From: Acidobacteria bacterium RIFCSPLOWO2_12_FULL_68_19
GTDB lineage: Bacteria > Acidobacteriota > Vicinamibacteria > Vicinamibacterales > UBA2999
Reading direction: 5' to 3'
Length of the DNA: 64,000 bases
NCBI GenBank assembly: GCA_001767525.1
Contig: MELF01000020.1
Coordinates: 11,417-75,416, forward strand
Shown: in pieces, positions 8,796-17,180 of the stretch
Numbering within the stretch: the stretch's first letter is position 1
Layout of the letters: every line of letters starts with the position of its first letter
Notes under the pieces: generated by a model
The model's input: the letters and a program-made list of their open reading frames with translations, nothing else
The model's database searches: none
Told to the model about the DNA's origin: nothing
Translations under genes and position numbers: made by a program

Positions 8796-10702
8796 TGGCG
8801 GGCGACGGCACCCTCGCACTCGCCGCGCTGCTCCTGCACGCGACGGCCTTCCTCGTGCTGGCGATCGCGGCGCCGCTGCGCCGCCTGGGCCGCCCGGCGG
8901 CCTACGTCTCCATCCTCTGCGCGGCGGGCTCGCTGGCCGCGGCCGTCCTCTCGTGGCGGGCCCACACCGGCGAGGCGATCTCGCGGCTCGTCTGGACGTG
9001 GCTGCCGTCGGAGGGACAGACGCTCGCCACCGTCGGCGTCCTCGCCGACGCCGACTCGACGGTGATGCTCACGCTGGTGGCGCTGGTCGCGCTCCTCGTG
9101 CAGGTGTACTCGCTCGGCTACTTGAGCGACGAGCGGGCGCCGTCGCTCGGCCGCTACTACGCTTACCAGTCGCTCTTCGCCTTCTCGATGATGGGGCTGG
9201 TGCTCGCGCCGAACTTCGTCCAGTTGTTCATCTGCTGGGAGCTCGTCGGCCTCTGCTCGTACCTGCTGATCGGCTTCTGGTACGAGCGGCCGGCGGCGGC
9301 GCGGGCGGCGCTCAAGGCCTTCTGGATCACGAAAACCGGCGACGTCGGCCTGCTCATCGGCATCGTCCTGATCTGGCGGCACACGGGCACCTTCGACCTG
9401 ACCGAGATGCGCGTGCTGGCCGGCAACGGCGCCATCCCGCTGGCCGGGCTGTCGGTGATGACCTTCTGCATCTACCTCGGCGCGGTCGGCAAGTCGGCGC
9501 AGTTCCCGCTGCACATCTGGCTCCCGGACGCGATGGAGGGCCCGACGCCGGTCTCCGCGCTCATCCACGCCGCGACGATGGTGACGGCGGGGGTGTACCT
9601 GCTGCACCGGACCGACTGGCTCTTCGCCCTGACGCCGGACGTGCTGGCGATCGTCGTGTGGGTGGGCGCCTTCACGGCGCTGCTCTCGGCGGTGCTGGCG
9701 TGCGTGCAGAACGACATCAAGCGGGTGCTCGCCTACTCGACCATCTCGCAGCTCAGCTACATGATGGCGGCGATCGGCGCCGGCTTCTCCGGCGCCGGCT
9801 TCCTGCACCTGCTCACGCACGGCGTGTTCAAGGCACTGCTCTTCCTCGGGGCCGGCGCGATCATCCACGCCGTTCACAGCAACGATCTCCCGGACATGGG
9901 GCGGCTCGCCCGCCGCATGCCGCAGACGGCCATCGTCTTCACGGTCGGCGCGCTCTCGCTGGCCGGCCTGCCGCTCTTCGCGGGGTTCCTCTCGAAGGAG
10001 GAGATCCTGGGCGCCGTGCTGGCGGGCGGATTCGCCGCGCCGTTCGCCATGCTCGTGCTCGTCGCCTTCCTGACCGCCTTCTACATGTTCCGCGTCGTCT
10101 TCCTGGCGTTCTTCGCGGCGCCGCCGGCGGGACACGCCGGCGCGGCCGCTGCCTCCGGCGCGCCGCACGTCGCCGATGCCAGCCACCACGCCTCGCACGG
10201 CGCCGCCGCGCACGAGCCGCACGAGCCGCCCTCGTCGATGCTGCTGCCGCTCTGGGTGCTCGCGCTGCTCTCGGTGGCGACCGGCGTCTTCTTCACCGTC
10301 GTCCATCCCGAACCGGAGTTCGAGAGCCCCGCGTGGCTGATGCCGGTCGGGGTCGGGTCGGCGGTGGCGGGCATCCTGCTGGCGTGGGCCACCTACCAGC
10401 GCCGCGCGATCGACGCGGCGAGCCTGGCGGCCGCCTTCGGGCCGATCTACCGGGGGGCGCTCGCGCGCTTCTGGATCGACGCCGTGTTCGAGCGCGCGTA
10501 CCGGCTGGCCCTGCTCGGCTTCTCGCGCCTGGTCGGCTGGATCGATCGCTACCTGGTGGACGGCGTGCTCAACGTGCTGAGCGCGTGGACGGTCCAGGCC
10601 GGCGACGACCTGCGGACGATGCAGACGGGCCGCGTGCAGGATTACGTCTACGGCATCGCCGTCGGGTTGCTCGTGCTGCTCCTCTGGGTGCAGTTCAACT
10701 GA
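8792..10702 (+). CDS. nuoL: NADH-quinone oxidoreductase subunit L
   Basis: 636-aa ORF overlapping the nuoK stop. Antiporter-like motifs WELVGLCSYLLIGFW and SAQFPLHIWLPDAMEGPTPVSALIHAATMV. Confidence 0.92.
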   Translation: MMAGDGTLALAALLLHATAFLVLAIAAPLRRLGRPAAYVSILCAAGSLAAAVLSWRAHTGEAISRLVWTWLPSEGQTLATVGVLADADSTVMLTLVALVALLVQVYSLGYLSDERAPSLGRYYAYQSLFAFSMMGLVLAPNFVQLFICWELVGLCSYLLIGFWYERPAAARAALKAFWITKTGDVGLLIGIVLIWRHTGTFDLTEMRVLAGNGAIPLAGLSVMTFCIYLGAVGKSAQFPLHIWLPDAMEGPTPVSALIHAATMVTAGVYLLHRTDWLFALTPDVLAIVVWVGAFTALLSAVLACVQNDIKRVLAYSTISQLSYMMAAIGAGFSGAGFLHLLTHGVFKALLFLGAGAIIHAVHSNDLPDMGRLARRMPQTAIVFTVGALSLAGLPLFAGFLSKEEILGAVLAGGFAAPFAMLVLVAFLTAFYMFRVVFLAFFAAPPAGHAGAAAASGAPHVADASHHASHGAAAHEPHEPPSSMLLPLWVLALLSVATGVFFTVVHPEPEFESPAWLMPVGVGSAVAGILLAWATYQRRAIDAASLAAAFGPIYRGALARFWIDAVFERAYRLALLGFSRLVGWIDRYLVDGVLNVLSAWTVQAGDDLRTMQTGRVQDYVYGIAVGLLVLLLWVQFN

Positions 10703-12237
10703 TGGACAGACTTCCGATTCTCTCGATCATGACGTGGGCGCCGTTTGCGAGCGCCCTCGTGATCATGTTCTTCGCGCGCCGGCGGCCGCTGCTCGTGCGG
10801 TGGACCTCCGTCGCCGGCACCGGCGTCTCCCTGGTCGCCTCGATCTGGGTCTACTGGACGTACGACCGCGTCCGGGCGGGCTTCCAGTTCCAGGAGGAGT
10901 TCTCCCTCGTCCCGTCGCTCGGCATCTCGTACCTGGCGGCGGTGGACGGCATCAGCGCGCTGATGGCGCTGCTCACCTCGATCATCATCTTCGCGGGCGT
11001 CTTCGCCTCGTGGACGACGAAGCAGCGGAGCCAGGAGTTCTACGCGCTGCTGCTCGTGCTGGTGACGGGCGTGTACGGCGTCTTCGTCACCCTCGATCTG
11101 TTCGTCCTCTTCCTGTTCTACGAGATTGCCGTGCTGCCGATGTACCTGCTCATCGGCATCTGGGGCTCCTCGGGCGACGTCCGGCCGCAGGGCATCTTCG
11201 GCTGGGCGATGGGGCGGACCGGGGTCGGCACCAAGGAATACGCCGCGATGAAGCTGACGCTGTACCTGCTCTTCGGGTCGGCCTTCATCCTGGTCGGCGT
11301 CCTCGCGCTGTTTGTCGCCACCGGCTCGCGGACCTTCTCGTTCCTCGAGCTGCAGCAGATGCGGTTCGATCCGGCGCTGCAGTCGTGGGTGTTCCTCGCC
11401 TTCTACGTCGGGTTCGGCATCCTCGCCGGCATCTGGCCGCTGCACACGTGGTCGCCCGACGGCCACGCCTCGGCCCCGACCGCCGTGTCGATGCTCCACG
11501 CGGGCGTGCTGATGAAGCTCGGCGCCTACGGCGTGGTGCGGGTGGGCATGGGGCTGCTGCCGGACGCGGCGGTCGACTGGGCCTGGCTCGTCGGCACGAT
11601 CGGCTGCATCAACATCGTCTACGGCGCGCTGAGCGCGATGGCGCAGACCGACCTCAAGTACGTCATCGCGTACTCGTCGGTCTCGCACATGGGTGTGGTG
11701 ATGCTCGGCGCGGCGACGCTGACGCCGAACGGGCTGAACGGCTCCGTCTTCCAGATGTTCGCCCACGGCATCATGACCGGCCTCTTCTTCGCGCTCGTCG
11801 GGCTGGTGTACGAGAAGGCGCACTCCCGCGAGATCTTCAAGATGAGCGGCTTCGGGACGATGATGCCCGGAATCGCCACGGCCTTCACCATTGGCGGGCT
11901 CTCCTCGCTGGGCCTGCCGGCGACGGCGGGCTTCGTCGCCGAGTTCCTGACGTTTCTCGGCGCCTGGACGTCGGACTACCGGTGGTGGCTGTTCCCGGCG
12001 GTAATCGGCGCGTTCCTGACCTCGGTCTACGTGCTGCGCGTCGCCGGGCAGATCTTCTGGGGACCGAAGAGCGCCGATCCGCACTTCCAGGACCTCGCCG
12101 ACGCCCAGGGGCCCGAATGGGCCGCGCTCGGGATCCTCGTGTTCGTGCTCGTGTTGTTCGGCGTGGCGCCGTCGATCGCGATTGGGCCGGTCGACACCGC
12201 CACCGGACCGCTGCTGCGGCGGCTGATCGGCCAATGA
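10702..12237 (+). CDS. nuoM: NADH-quinone oxidoreductase subunit M
   Basis: In-frame ATG (MDRLPILSI...) of ORF 8953..12237, overlapping the nuoL TGA by 1 nt. Motifs LFYEIAVLPMYLLIGIWG and HTWSPDGHASAPTAVSMLHAG. Confidence 0.92.
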   Translation: MDRLPILSIMTWAPFASALVIMFFARRRPLLVRWTSVAGTGVSLVASIWVYWTYDRVRAGFQFQEEFSLVPSLGISYLAAVDGISALMALLTSIIIFAGVFASWTTKQRSQEFYALLLVLVTGVYGVFVTLDLFVLFLFYEIAVLPMYLLIGIWGSSGDVRPQGIFGWAMGRTGVGTKEYAAMKLTLYLLFGSAFILVGVLALFVATGSRTFSFLELQQMRFDPALQSWVFLAFYVGFGILAGIWPLHTWSPDGHASAPTAVSMLHAGVLMKLGAYGVVRVGMGLLPDAAVDWAWLVGTIGCINIVYGALSAMAQTDLKYVIAYSSVSHMGVVMLGAATLTPNGLNGSVFQMFAHGIMTGLFFALVGLVYEKAHSREIFKMSGFGTMMPGIATAFTIGGLSSLGLPATAGFVAEFLTFLGAWTSDYRWWLFPAVIGAFLTSVYVLRVAGQIFWGPKSADPHFQDLADAQGPEWAALGILVFVLVLFGVAPSIAIGPVDTATGPLLRRLIGQ

Positions 12238-13691
12238 CGTTCGAGACGCTGACCCTTCTCGTGCCCGAACTGGCGCTCTTCGCGCTCGCCGTCGTCGTGC
12301 TGCTCATCGGCGCCGTCCGTAGCTCAGCGTACGTAGGGCGGGGTCCGCTCGCCGAAGTGAGCCGCGGACCCGCCGGCTGGACGACGCTCCTCGGCCTCGG
12401 CGCAACCTTCATCCTGACGTTCACCGTCCGGGAAGGCGCGTCGCTGCTCGACGGGGCGTTCGTCCAGGACAGCCTGGCGCTCTTCGCCAAGCGGCTGTTC
12501 CTCGCCTCGGCGGCAATCAGCCTGCTCGGCTCGCTCACCCTGCGGACCGGCGCGTTCAGCCGCCGCTCGGCGGAGTACCACTTCGCGCTCGTCGCCTCGC
12601 TGCTCGGGATGTCGGTCGTCGCCTCGGCGCGCGAGCTCGTCCTGCTCTTCGTCGGCTTCGAGCTGATGTCGATCCCGCTCTTCCTGATGACGGGGTTCCT
12701 CAAGCGCGAGGCGGTCGTCCCCGAGGCGGCGCTCAAGTTCTTCCTCGTCGGCACGGCCTCGTCTGCGATGATCGTCTACGGCATGTCGTTCGTGTACGGC
12801 GTGGCGGGCAGCACGATGCTGTCGGACATCCCGCCGCCTCTGCGCGACGGTCCGCCGCTGCTGATGCTCGGCATGGCGATCCTGCTGGCGGGCCTCGGCT
12901 TCAAGATCGCCGCCTTCCCGTTCCATATGTGGGCGCCGGATACCTACGAGGCGGCGAGTCCGCCGTTTGTCGCGTGGCTCTCGGTCGCGCCGAAGGCGGC
13001 GGGGTTCGTCGTCATCATCCGCCTCTACCTCGCCGGCGTCGGGACCGCCGCGCTCGTCTGGACGCCGGTGATCGCGGTGCTCGCCGGCATGACGATGGTC
13101 ACGGGGAACCTGATGGCGATCCCGCAGCGGAACATCAAGCGGCTGCTCGCCTACTCGGGGATCGCGCACATCGGCTACATGCTCGTTGGCCTCGCCGCAC
13201 TCTCCAGCTCCGGCGTGGCGATGATGCTCTTCTACCTCGTCGCGTACACGTTCGGCAACATGGGCGCGTTCCTCGTCGTGCAGGCGGTGGCGCAGTCGGA
13301 ACAGTCCGACGGCATCGACGCCTACCGCGGTCTGGCGCAGCGGTCGCCGCTGCTCGCCCTGGCGATGCTGCTCTTCCTGCTGTCGCTCGGCGGGATTCCG
13401 TTCGTGGCGGGCTTCTGGGCAAAGCTCTACGTCTTCTGGGCCGCCGTCGAGCGCGGGATGTACGGGCTCGTCTTCCTGGGCGCCGTCCTCACCGTCGTGG
13501 CGCTCTACTACTACCTGCTCGTGGCGCGCCGGATGTACATCGATGCGCCGGAGCGCCCCGAGCCGGTGCAGGTGCCGGGGCTGCTTGGCGTGGCGATTGT
13601 CGCGTGTGTGATTGGGGTGGTCGGGATGGGCCTCTACCCGGCGCCGTGGGTCACGCTCGCCCAGCGCGTGGCGTCGACGCTGTTTTCCTAG
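12234..13691 (+). CDS. nuoN: NADH-quinone oxidoreductase subunit N
   Basis: In-frame ATG (MTFETLTLL...) of ORF 10734..13691 with ATGA overlap on nuoM. Motifs FVGFELMSIPLF and FKIAAFPFHMWAPDTYE. Confidence 0.92.
   Translation: MTFETLTLLVPELALFALAVVVLLIGAVRSSAYVGRGPLAEVSRGPAGWTTLLGLGATFILTFTVREGASLLDGAFVQDSLALFAKRLFLASAAISLLGSLTLRTGAFSRRSAEYHFALVASLLGMSVVASARELVLLFVGFELMSIPLFLMTGFLKREAVVPEAALKFFLVGTASSAMIVYGMSFVYGVAGSTMLSDIPPPLRDGPPLLMLGMAILLAGLGFKIAAFPFHMWAPDTYEAASPPFVAWLSVAPKAAGFVVIIRLYLAGVGTAALVWTPVIAVLAGMTMVTGNLMAIPQRNIKRLLAYSGIAHIGYMLVGLAALSSSGVAMMLFYLVAYTFGNMGAFLVVQAVAQSEQSDGIDAYRGLAQRSPLLALAMLLFLLSLGGIPFVAGFWAKLYVFWAAVERGMYGLVFLGAVLTVVALYYYLLVARRMYIDAPERPEPVQVPGLLGVAIVACVIGVVGMGLYPAPWVTLAQRVASTLFS
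12333..12374 (+). repeat. REP-like GTAG-hairpin unit lying in frame inside nuoN
   Basis: GTAG GGCGGGGTCCGC tcgccgaagtgagcc GCGGACCCGCC. Same head and stem as the intergenic units at 33477, 36431, 13772 and 25438. Confidence 0.6.
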
Positions 13692-13750
13692 CCGGTAGCC
13701 GGTAGCCGGTAGCCGGTAGCCGATAGGTTGGTGGCCGGTAGGCAGGTAGT
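13689..13750 (+). repeat. 7-bp tandem array (TAGCCGG)n degenerating to TAGGTTGG/TGGCCGG/TAGGCAGG
   Basis: Starts on the nuoN TAG stop codon. Five near-perfect copies, then degenerate ones. Confidence 0.85.
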
Positions 13751-13771
13751 GAAGACGTTGTACGTAGGTAC

Positions 13772-13801
13772 GTAGGCCGGGTTCCGCGAAGCGGACCCGG
13801 C
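13772..13801 (+). repeat. REP-like GTAG-hairpin unit
   Basis: GTAG GCCGGGTTCCGC gaa GCGGACCCGGC, preceded by a duplicated TACGTAGG. Confidence 0.7.
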
Positions 13802-13807
13802 GCGGCT

Positions 13808-13921
13808 CTATGCCGCGCGATTGTGCGATTTGCGGTCCTTCCGGCGCCCCCACCAATCGAGCACCGCGATGATCGCCACAATCAGGAGGATACCGAACAG
13901 GATGCCGAATGCGTTCTCCAT
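13808..13921 (-). CDS. Small membrane protein (37 aa), hypothetical
   Basis: MENAFGILFGILLIVAIIAVLDWWGRRKDRKSHNRAA has one TM helix and a basic tail. GC-rich third positions. TGATG coupling to the upstream small ORF. Confidence 0.4.
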   Translation of the reverse strand: MENAFGILFGILLIVAIIAVLDWWGRRKDRKSHNRAA

Positions 13922-14115
13922 CACCAGGCTCCCATCAGCCAGAGGCCGAACGCCGCACATCCGAACCAGAACGCCACGCCCAAGACGATAATCGTCCAGG
14001 ACAGTGGCTCTGTTCCGACCAACTGCGCGAACACCATGGAGGCCGCTGCAAGGTTCGCGAGGTCCAGGACCTTCTCCCCGAACGTCGCGCGCGGACCGGG
14101 CCTCAATCGTAGCAT
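13921..14115 (-). CDS. Small hydrophobic protein (64 aa), hypothetical
   Basis: ORF-track entry with two predicted TM segments (AAASMVFAQLV..., WTIIVLGVAFWFGCAAFGLWLMG). No recognisable family. Confidence 0.3.
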   Translation of the reverse strand: MLRLRPGPRATFGEKVLDLANLAAASMVFAQLVGTEPLSWTIIVLGVAFWFGCAAFGLWLMGAW

Positions 14116-14224
14116 CGTCGCTCGGCCTGGTAGCTGCGAAGGGCATGCCGGCGCGAATGTCGAAGGAAACCAGGCGATCGGGTGCCGACGTACGCAGTTC
14201 CTGCCACGCTGAACGGCGAGGCGT

Positions 14225-14461
14225 GTGGCAATTCTGAACGCCGCACGCCCGCCCGGCGTCCGCGACGCCGAGAAGTCGGTGCTCGTCGGCTTCGCGGTGC
14301 TCTACAATCCGCTGGTGCCGATCGAGCTCTGGAGCCGGGCGCCCTGGACCATCGTCAACCTCGGCACGCCGGTCTTCTTCATCAACGGGCGCGCGCTCGC
14401 CGGCGCCTATCCGTCTTCCAGCCTCCAGAAGATCATCGAGGAAGCGCTGCGGAAGCGGTGA
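14225..14461 (+). CDS. Thioredoxin-fold small protein lacking the CxxC motif
   Basis: C-terminal GTPVFFINGRALAGAYPSSSLQKIIEEAL resembles the small thioredoxin/DsbA-like family, but no Cys is present. Strong GC3. Stop overlaps the next ATG (GTGATG). Confidence 0.45.
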   Translation: MAILNAARPPGVRDAEKSVLVGFAVLYNPLVPIELWSRAPWTIVNLGTPVFFINGRALAGAYPSSSLQKIIEEALRKR

Positions 14462-15540
14462 TGTCCCGGCTCAACGGCTTCCTGCGCGGCGTCCGCGTGC
14501 TCGACCTCACACGCCATCTCCCGGGTCCGCTCGCCACGCTGCTGCTCGCCGACATGGGGGCGGAGGTGCTCAAGATCGAGCCGCCCGACGGCGACGGCAT
14601 GCGGGAGATGGGGCCCCGGAAGGCCGACGGCAGCTCCGCCTGCTTCAGCGCGGTGAACGCCGGGAAGACGACGCGGCGAATCGATCTGAAGTCCACGGCG
14701 GGACGGGCGGCGCTGCTCGACCTGGCGACGTCTGCCGACGTGCTGATCGAATCGTTCCGGCCGGGCATCCTGACGCGGCTCGGGGTCGGATACGACGTGC
14801 TGAAAGGGGTCAATCCCCGGCTGATCTACTGCTCGCTGAACGGCTTCGGCTGCACGGGTCCGCTGGCGCAGATGGCCGCACACGACCTCAACTACGTCGC
14901 GCTGGCGGGCGCGCTTCCACCGCTCGGCGCCGACGGGAGTCTGCCGGATACGCCGCTAGCCGATTGCGCCGGCGGCCTCTTTGCGGCGCTGGCCCTCGTC
15001 TCCGCGCTGTACGGGCGCGGGCGCGACGGTCAGGGGTGCCACATCGACCTCGCGCTCCTCGACGCCGTCCTGCCGCTCCAGATCCTTCCGCTCGCGCAGC
15101 TCGGCGCCGCGGGCGTCCCGCCGCGGGCCGGCGAAGGACCGATCAACGGGGGCGCCGCGTGCTACCGCGTCTACGAGACCGGCGATCGACGCCGCGTCGC
15201 GCTGGCGGCGCTCGAAGGGAAGTTCTGGCACGCCTTCTGTGCGGCCGCCGGCCGGCCGGACTGGGTCGCGCGCCACGCCGATCCGCTGCCGCAGCGCGCC
15301 CTGATCGGCGAAGTGGCCTCGATGTTCGGCGGATTGACACTGGAGGAGTGCGAGCGGCGATTCGGGCCGGCGGACTGCTGCTTCGCGCCGGTGCGGGAGC
15401 TGCCGGAGGCCGTCGCGTCGGCGCACGTCCGCAGCCGCGGCCTCGTGCACCGGACAGGGGACGGCGAACTCCAGCCGCTCTTCCCCGCCATCGTCGACGG
15501 CGAGCCGCCGCGGCCGCGGCCACCGCTAGGCGAAGGGTAA
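14461..15540 (+). CDS. Family III CoA-transferase (CaiB/BaiF; alpha-methylacyl-CoA racemase-like)
   Basis: In-frame ATG of ORF 14182..15540. Motifs GVRVLDLTRHLPGPLATLLLADMGAEVLKIEPP, ESFRPG and HDLNY. Confidence 0.85.
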   Translation: MSRLNGFLRGVRVLDLTRHLPGPLATLLLADMGAEVLKIEPPDGDGMREMGPRKADGSSACFSAVNAGKTTRRIDLKSTAGRAALLDLATSADVLIESFRPGILTRLGVGYDVLKGVNPRLIYCSLNGFGCTGPLAQMAAHDLNYVALAGALPPLGADGSLPDTPLADCAGGLFAALALVSALYGRGRDGQGCHIDLALLDAVLPLQILPLAQLGAAGVPPRAGEGPINGGAACYRVYETGDRRRVALAALEGKFWHAFCAAAGRPDWVARHADPLPQRALIGEVASMFGGLTLEECERRFGPADCCFAPVRELPEAVASAHVRSRGLVHRTGDGELQPLFPAIVDGEPPRPRPPLGEG

Positions 15541-17073
15541 TCAGGGATTGACGAGCACGGCCATGCCGATGAACGGCACCTGCCCCGGCACCGCCATGTT
15601 GGAGTACATGACCTGCACCAGCGGGTTCCCCGTCGGCATGAACATGACGTAGTCGTCGAGCTGGCTCTCGTTGACCGCGTCGGCCATCGAGCCGTCGGGC
15701 CACAGCAGGTGGACCTCCCGCGCCTGCGCCACCTGCTCCCAGTCCTCGAAGTCGATTGTGGCGGGATCGCCAGCCACACCGCCGTCGGCATATATCACCT
15801 TCAGCGGCTTGATGTCGCTGAGCGGATTGGCCATGCCCGTGCTCGGGATCGGGTTGTGCGAGAAGTACATCTTGTAGCGCGCCCCGCCCATGTGCACCGG
15901 CATCGGCGCCTGTACTTCCGCGAGGTACTTCGGACAGCCGGCGGCGTCGGTCTGGACGCCCCACCGGATCCCGTCCCAGATCGCCATCGCGGCATTGAAG
16001 AACGAGTTGCTCGAGCAGGGGGGCTGGAACTCCGCCGTCATCACCATGAAGGCGCCGGCTGCGCCGTCCCAGCGCCAGTCGCGTCGCGTCGGGTAGCCGA
16101 CCTTGAACTGCCGCGCGTTGCTCAGGCCAGGATTACCATTGAGCGTGTCGCCGCCGACGCCGACGATCACCTCCGGCACGCAGCCGCCGCCGGCGGAATA
16201 GTCCGCAAGCGTGTTGCAGATCGTCTTGGCGCCGCCGTTGAAGTCGCGCCCCACGTACCCGTCTCGGCTGTCCAGATACATGATGCGCGTCCGCTGATCG
16301 GTGCCCATCGCCTCGAAGAACAGCCGGATGCCGCCGCCCATCGATAGGTCGAGCGGCACGGCCTGCGTCGTCGTCACCAAGCCAGCGACGCTGTCGCCAG
16401 GACAGGAAAACGGCTGGCCCGGTCGGAACTCGCACGCCCGCAGCAGCCCGAACCCCGAGACGCCGCGGTACGACGAAAGCGCGGCGACCGAGTCGTTGGT
16501 GCCGCTCGACAGCTCGGCGATCTTGATCCCCTTTTCGGTGGCGATCGTGGGGTTGTAATAGAGCTGCGCCTTTCCGCTCAGCGCCGCGCCCGCCCAGGCG
16601 CCGTAGAGGATCACGTACGGATACGTGTTGCCGTCGGTCACGATTCGCGTCGCCCCGGTGTAGGAGCTGCCCGTGCCGCGGACCTGCCAGTACTCCTCCG
16701 CGGTCTGGCCGCTCGCCGCCGCGTCGGCCTCGAGACTGGTCGCGCACGCCTCGTCCAGGCAGGCGCGCAGCGCCGCCGTGTGCGGCGTGGCCGACTTGAG
16801 GCCCGATACGGTCAGGCGCGTCTCGGCCGTCTCGACGCCCACCGACGCGCCGGTCACGCCGTCGGTCAGCGTGAGAACGTAGCGATGCACCGCCTCGGCC
16901 GGCGCGGTCCAGCTCACCTGCAGGCGGGACGACGACCGGTAGGCGGTCGATCCGACCCGGCCGCCTTCAATGGACGCCACCGCCAGGCCAGCCGCCCAGG
17001 TCTGAGCCTCGGCGGGCCGAACGGATGCGCAAAACAAGGCCGACAGCAGCGCGACAACAGGAATACAGTGCAC
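15541..17073 (-). CDS. Secreted hypothetical protein (510 aa) with N-terminal signal peptide
   Basis: GTG start after GGAGGG. Signal VVALLSALFCASVRPAEAQ. No family recognised by eye. Its stop abuts the CoA-transferase stop with no spacer. Confidence 0.6.
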   Translation of the reverse strand: MHCIPVVALLSALFCASVRPAEAQTWAAGLAVASIEGGRVGSTAYRSSSRLQVSWTAPAEAVHRYVLTLTDGVTGASVGVETAETRLTVSGLKSATPHTAALRACLDEACATSLEADAAASGQTAEEYWQVRGTGSSYTGATRIVTDGNTYPYVILYGAWAGAALSGKAQLYYNPTIATEKGIKIAELSSGTNDSVAALSSYRGVSGFGLLRACEFRPGQPFSCPGDSVAGLVTTTQAVPLDLSMGGGIRLFFEAMGTDQRTRIMYLDSRDGYVGRDFNGGAKTICNTLADYSAGGGCVPEVIVGVGGDTLNGNPGLSNARQFKVGYPTRRDWRWDGAAGAFMVMTAEFQPPCSSNSFFNAAMAIWDGIRWGVQTDAAGCPKYLAEVQAPMPVHMGGARYKMYFSHNPIPSTGMANPLSDIKPLKVIYADGGVAGDPATIDFEDWEQVAQAREVHLLWPDGSMADAVNESQLDDYVMFMPTGNPLVQVMYSNMAVPGQVPFIGMAVLVNP

Positions 17074-17180
17074 GCACCCTCCGGATGTTGGGCGTTCAAC
17101 CGGCGCATCGTACTATCGGCAGACGCGACGAACAACGGCAGCAACTACGCTATAATCCGCGCCGCAGCGAGGACAGAGGC

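Noticed and set aside
13689-13750. Heptamer arrays (also 24718..24812) as CRISPR, telomere-like or IS termini
   Set aside because: The unit is only 7 bp, there are no spacers, and there are no flanking transposase or target-site duplications. They are treated as microsatellite-type repeats.
8771-13856. Long minus-strand ORFs (8771..10306, 10648..12234, 12324..13856) and the 5' extensions of plus-strand ORFs 8953..12237 and 10734..13691
   Set aside because: The minus-strand ORFs are antisense to nuoL/M/N. The plus-strand ORFs are real only from the internal ATGs at 10702 (nuoM) and 12234 (nuoN). The upstream parts are out-of-frame read-through of the preceding gene.
13808-14146. 112-aa ORF on the minus strand
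   Set aside because: Only its last 37 codons (MENAFGILFG...) look like a real small membrane protein. The upstream part is Arg/Gly/Pro-rich and competes with a more protein-like hydrophobic 64-aa frame.
17151-17156. Perfect TATAAT hexamer 25 nt upstream of the cytochrome c start codon
   Set aside because: There is no acceptable -35 element at 16-19 nt spacing (ACGAAC at best). A single hexamer is not enough to call a promoter.
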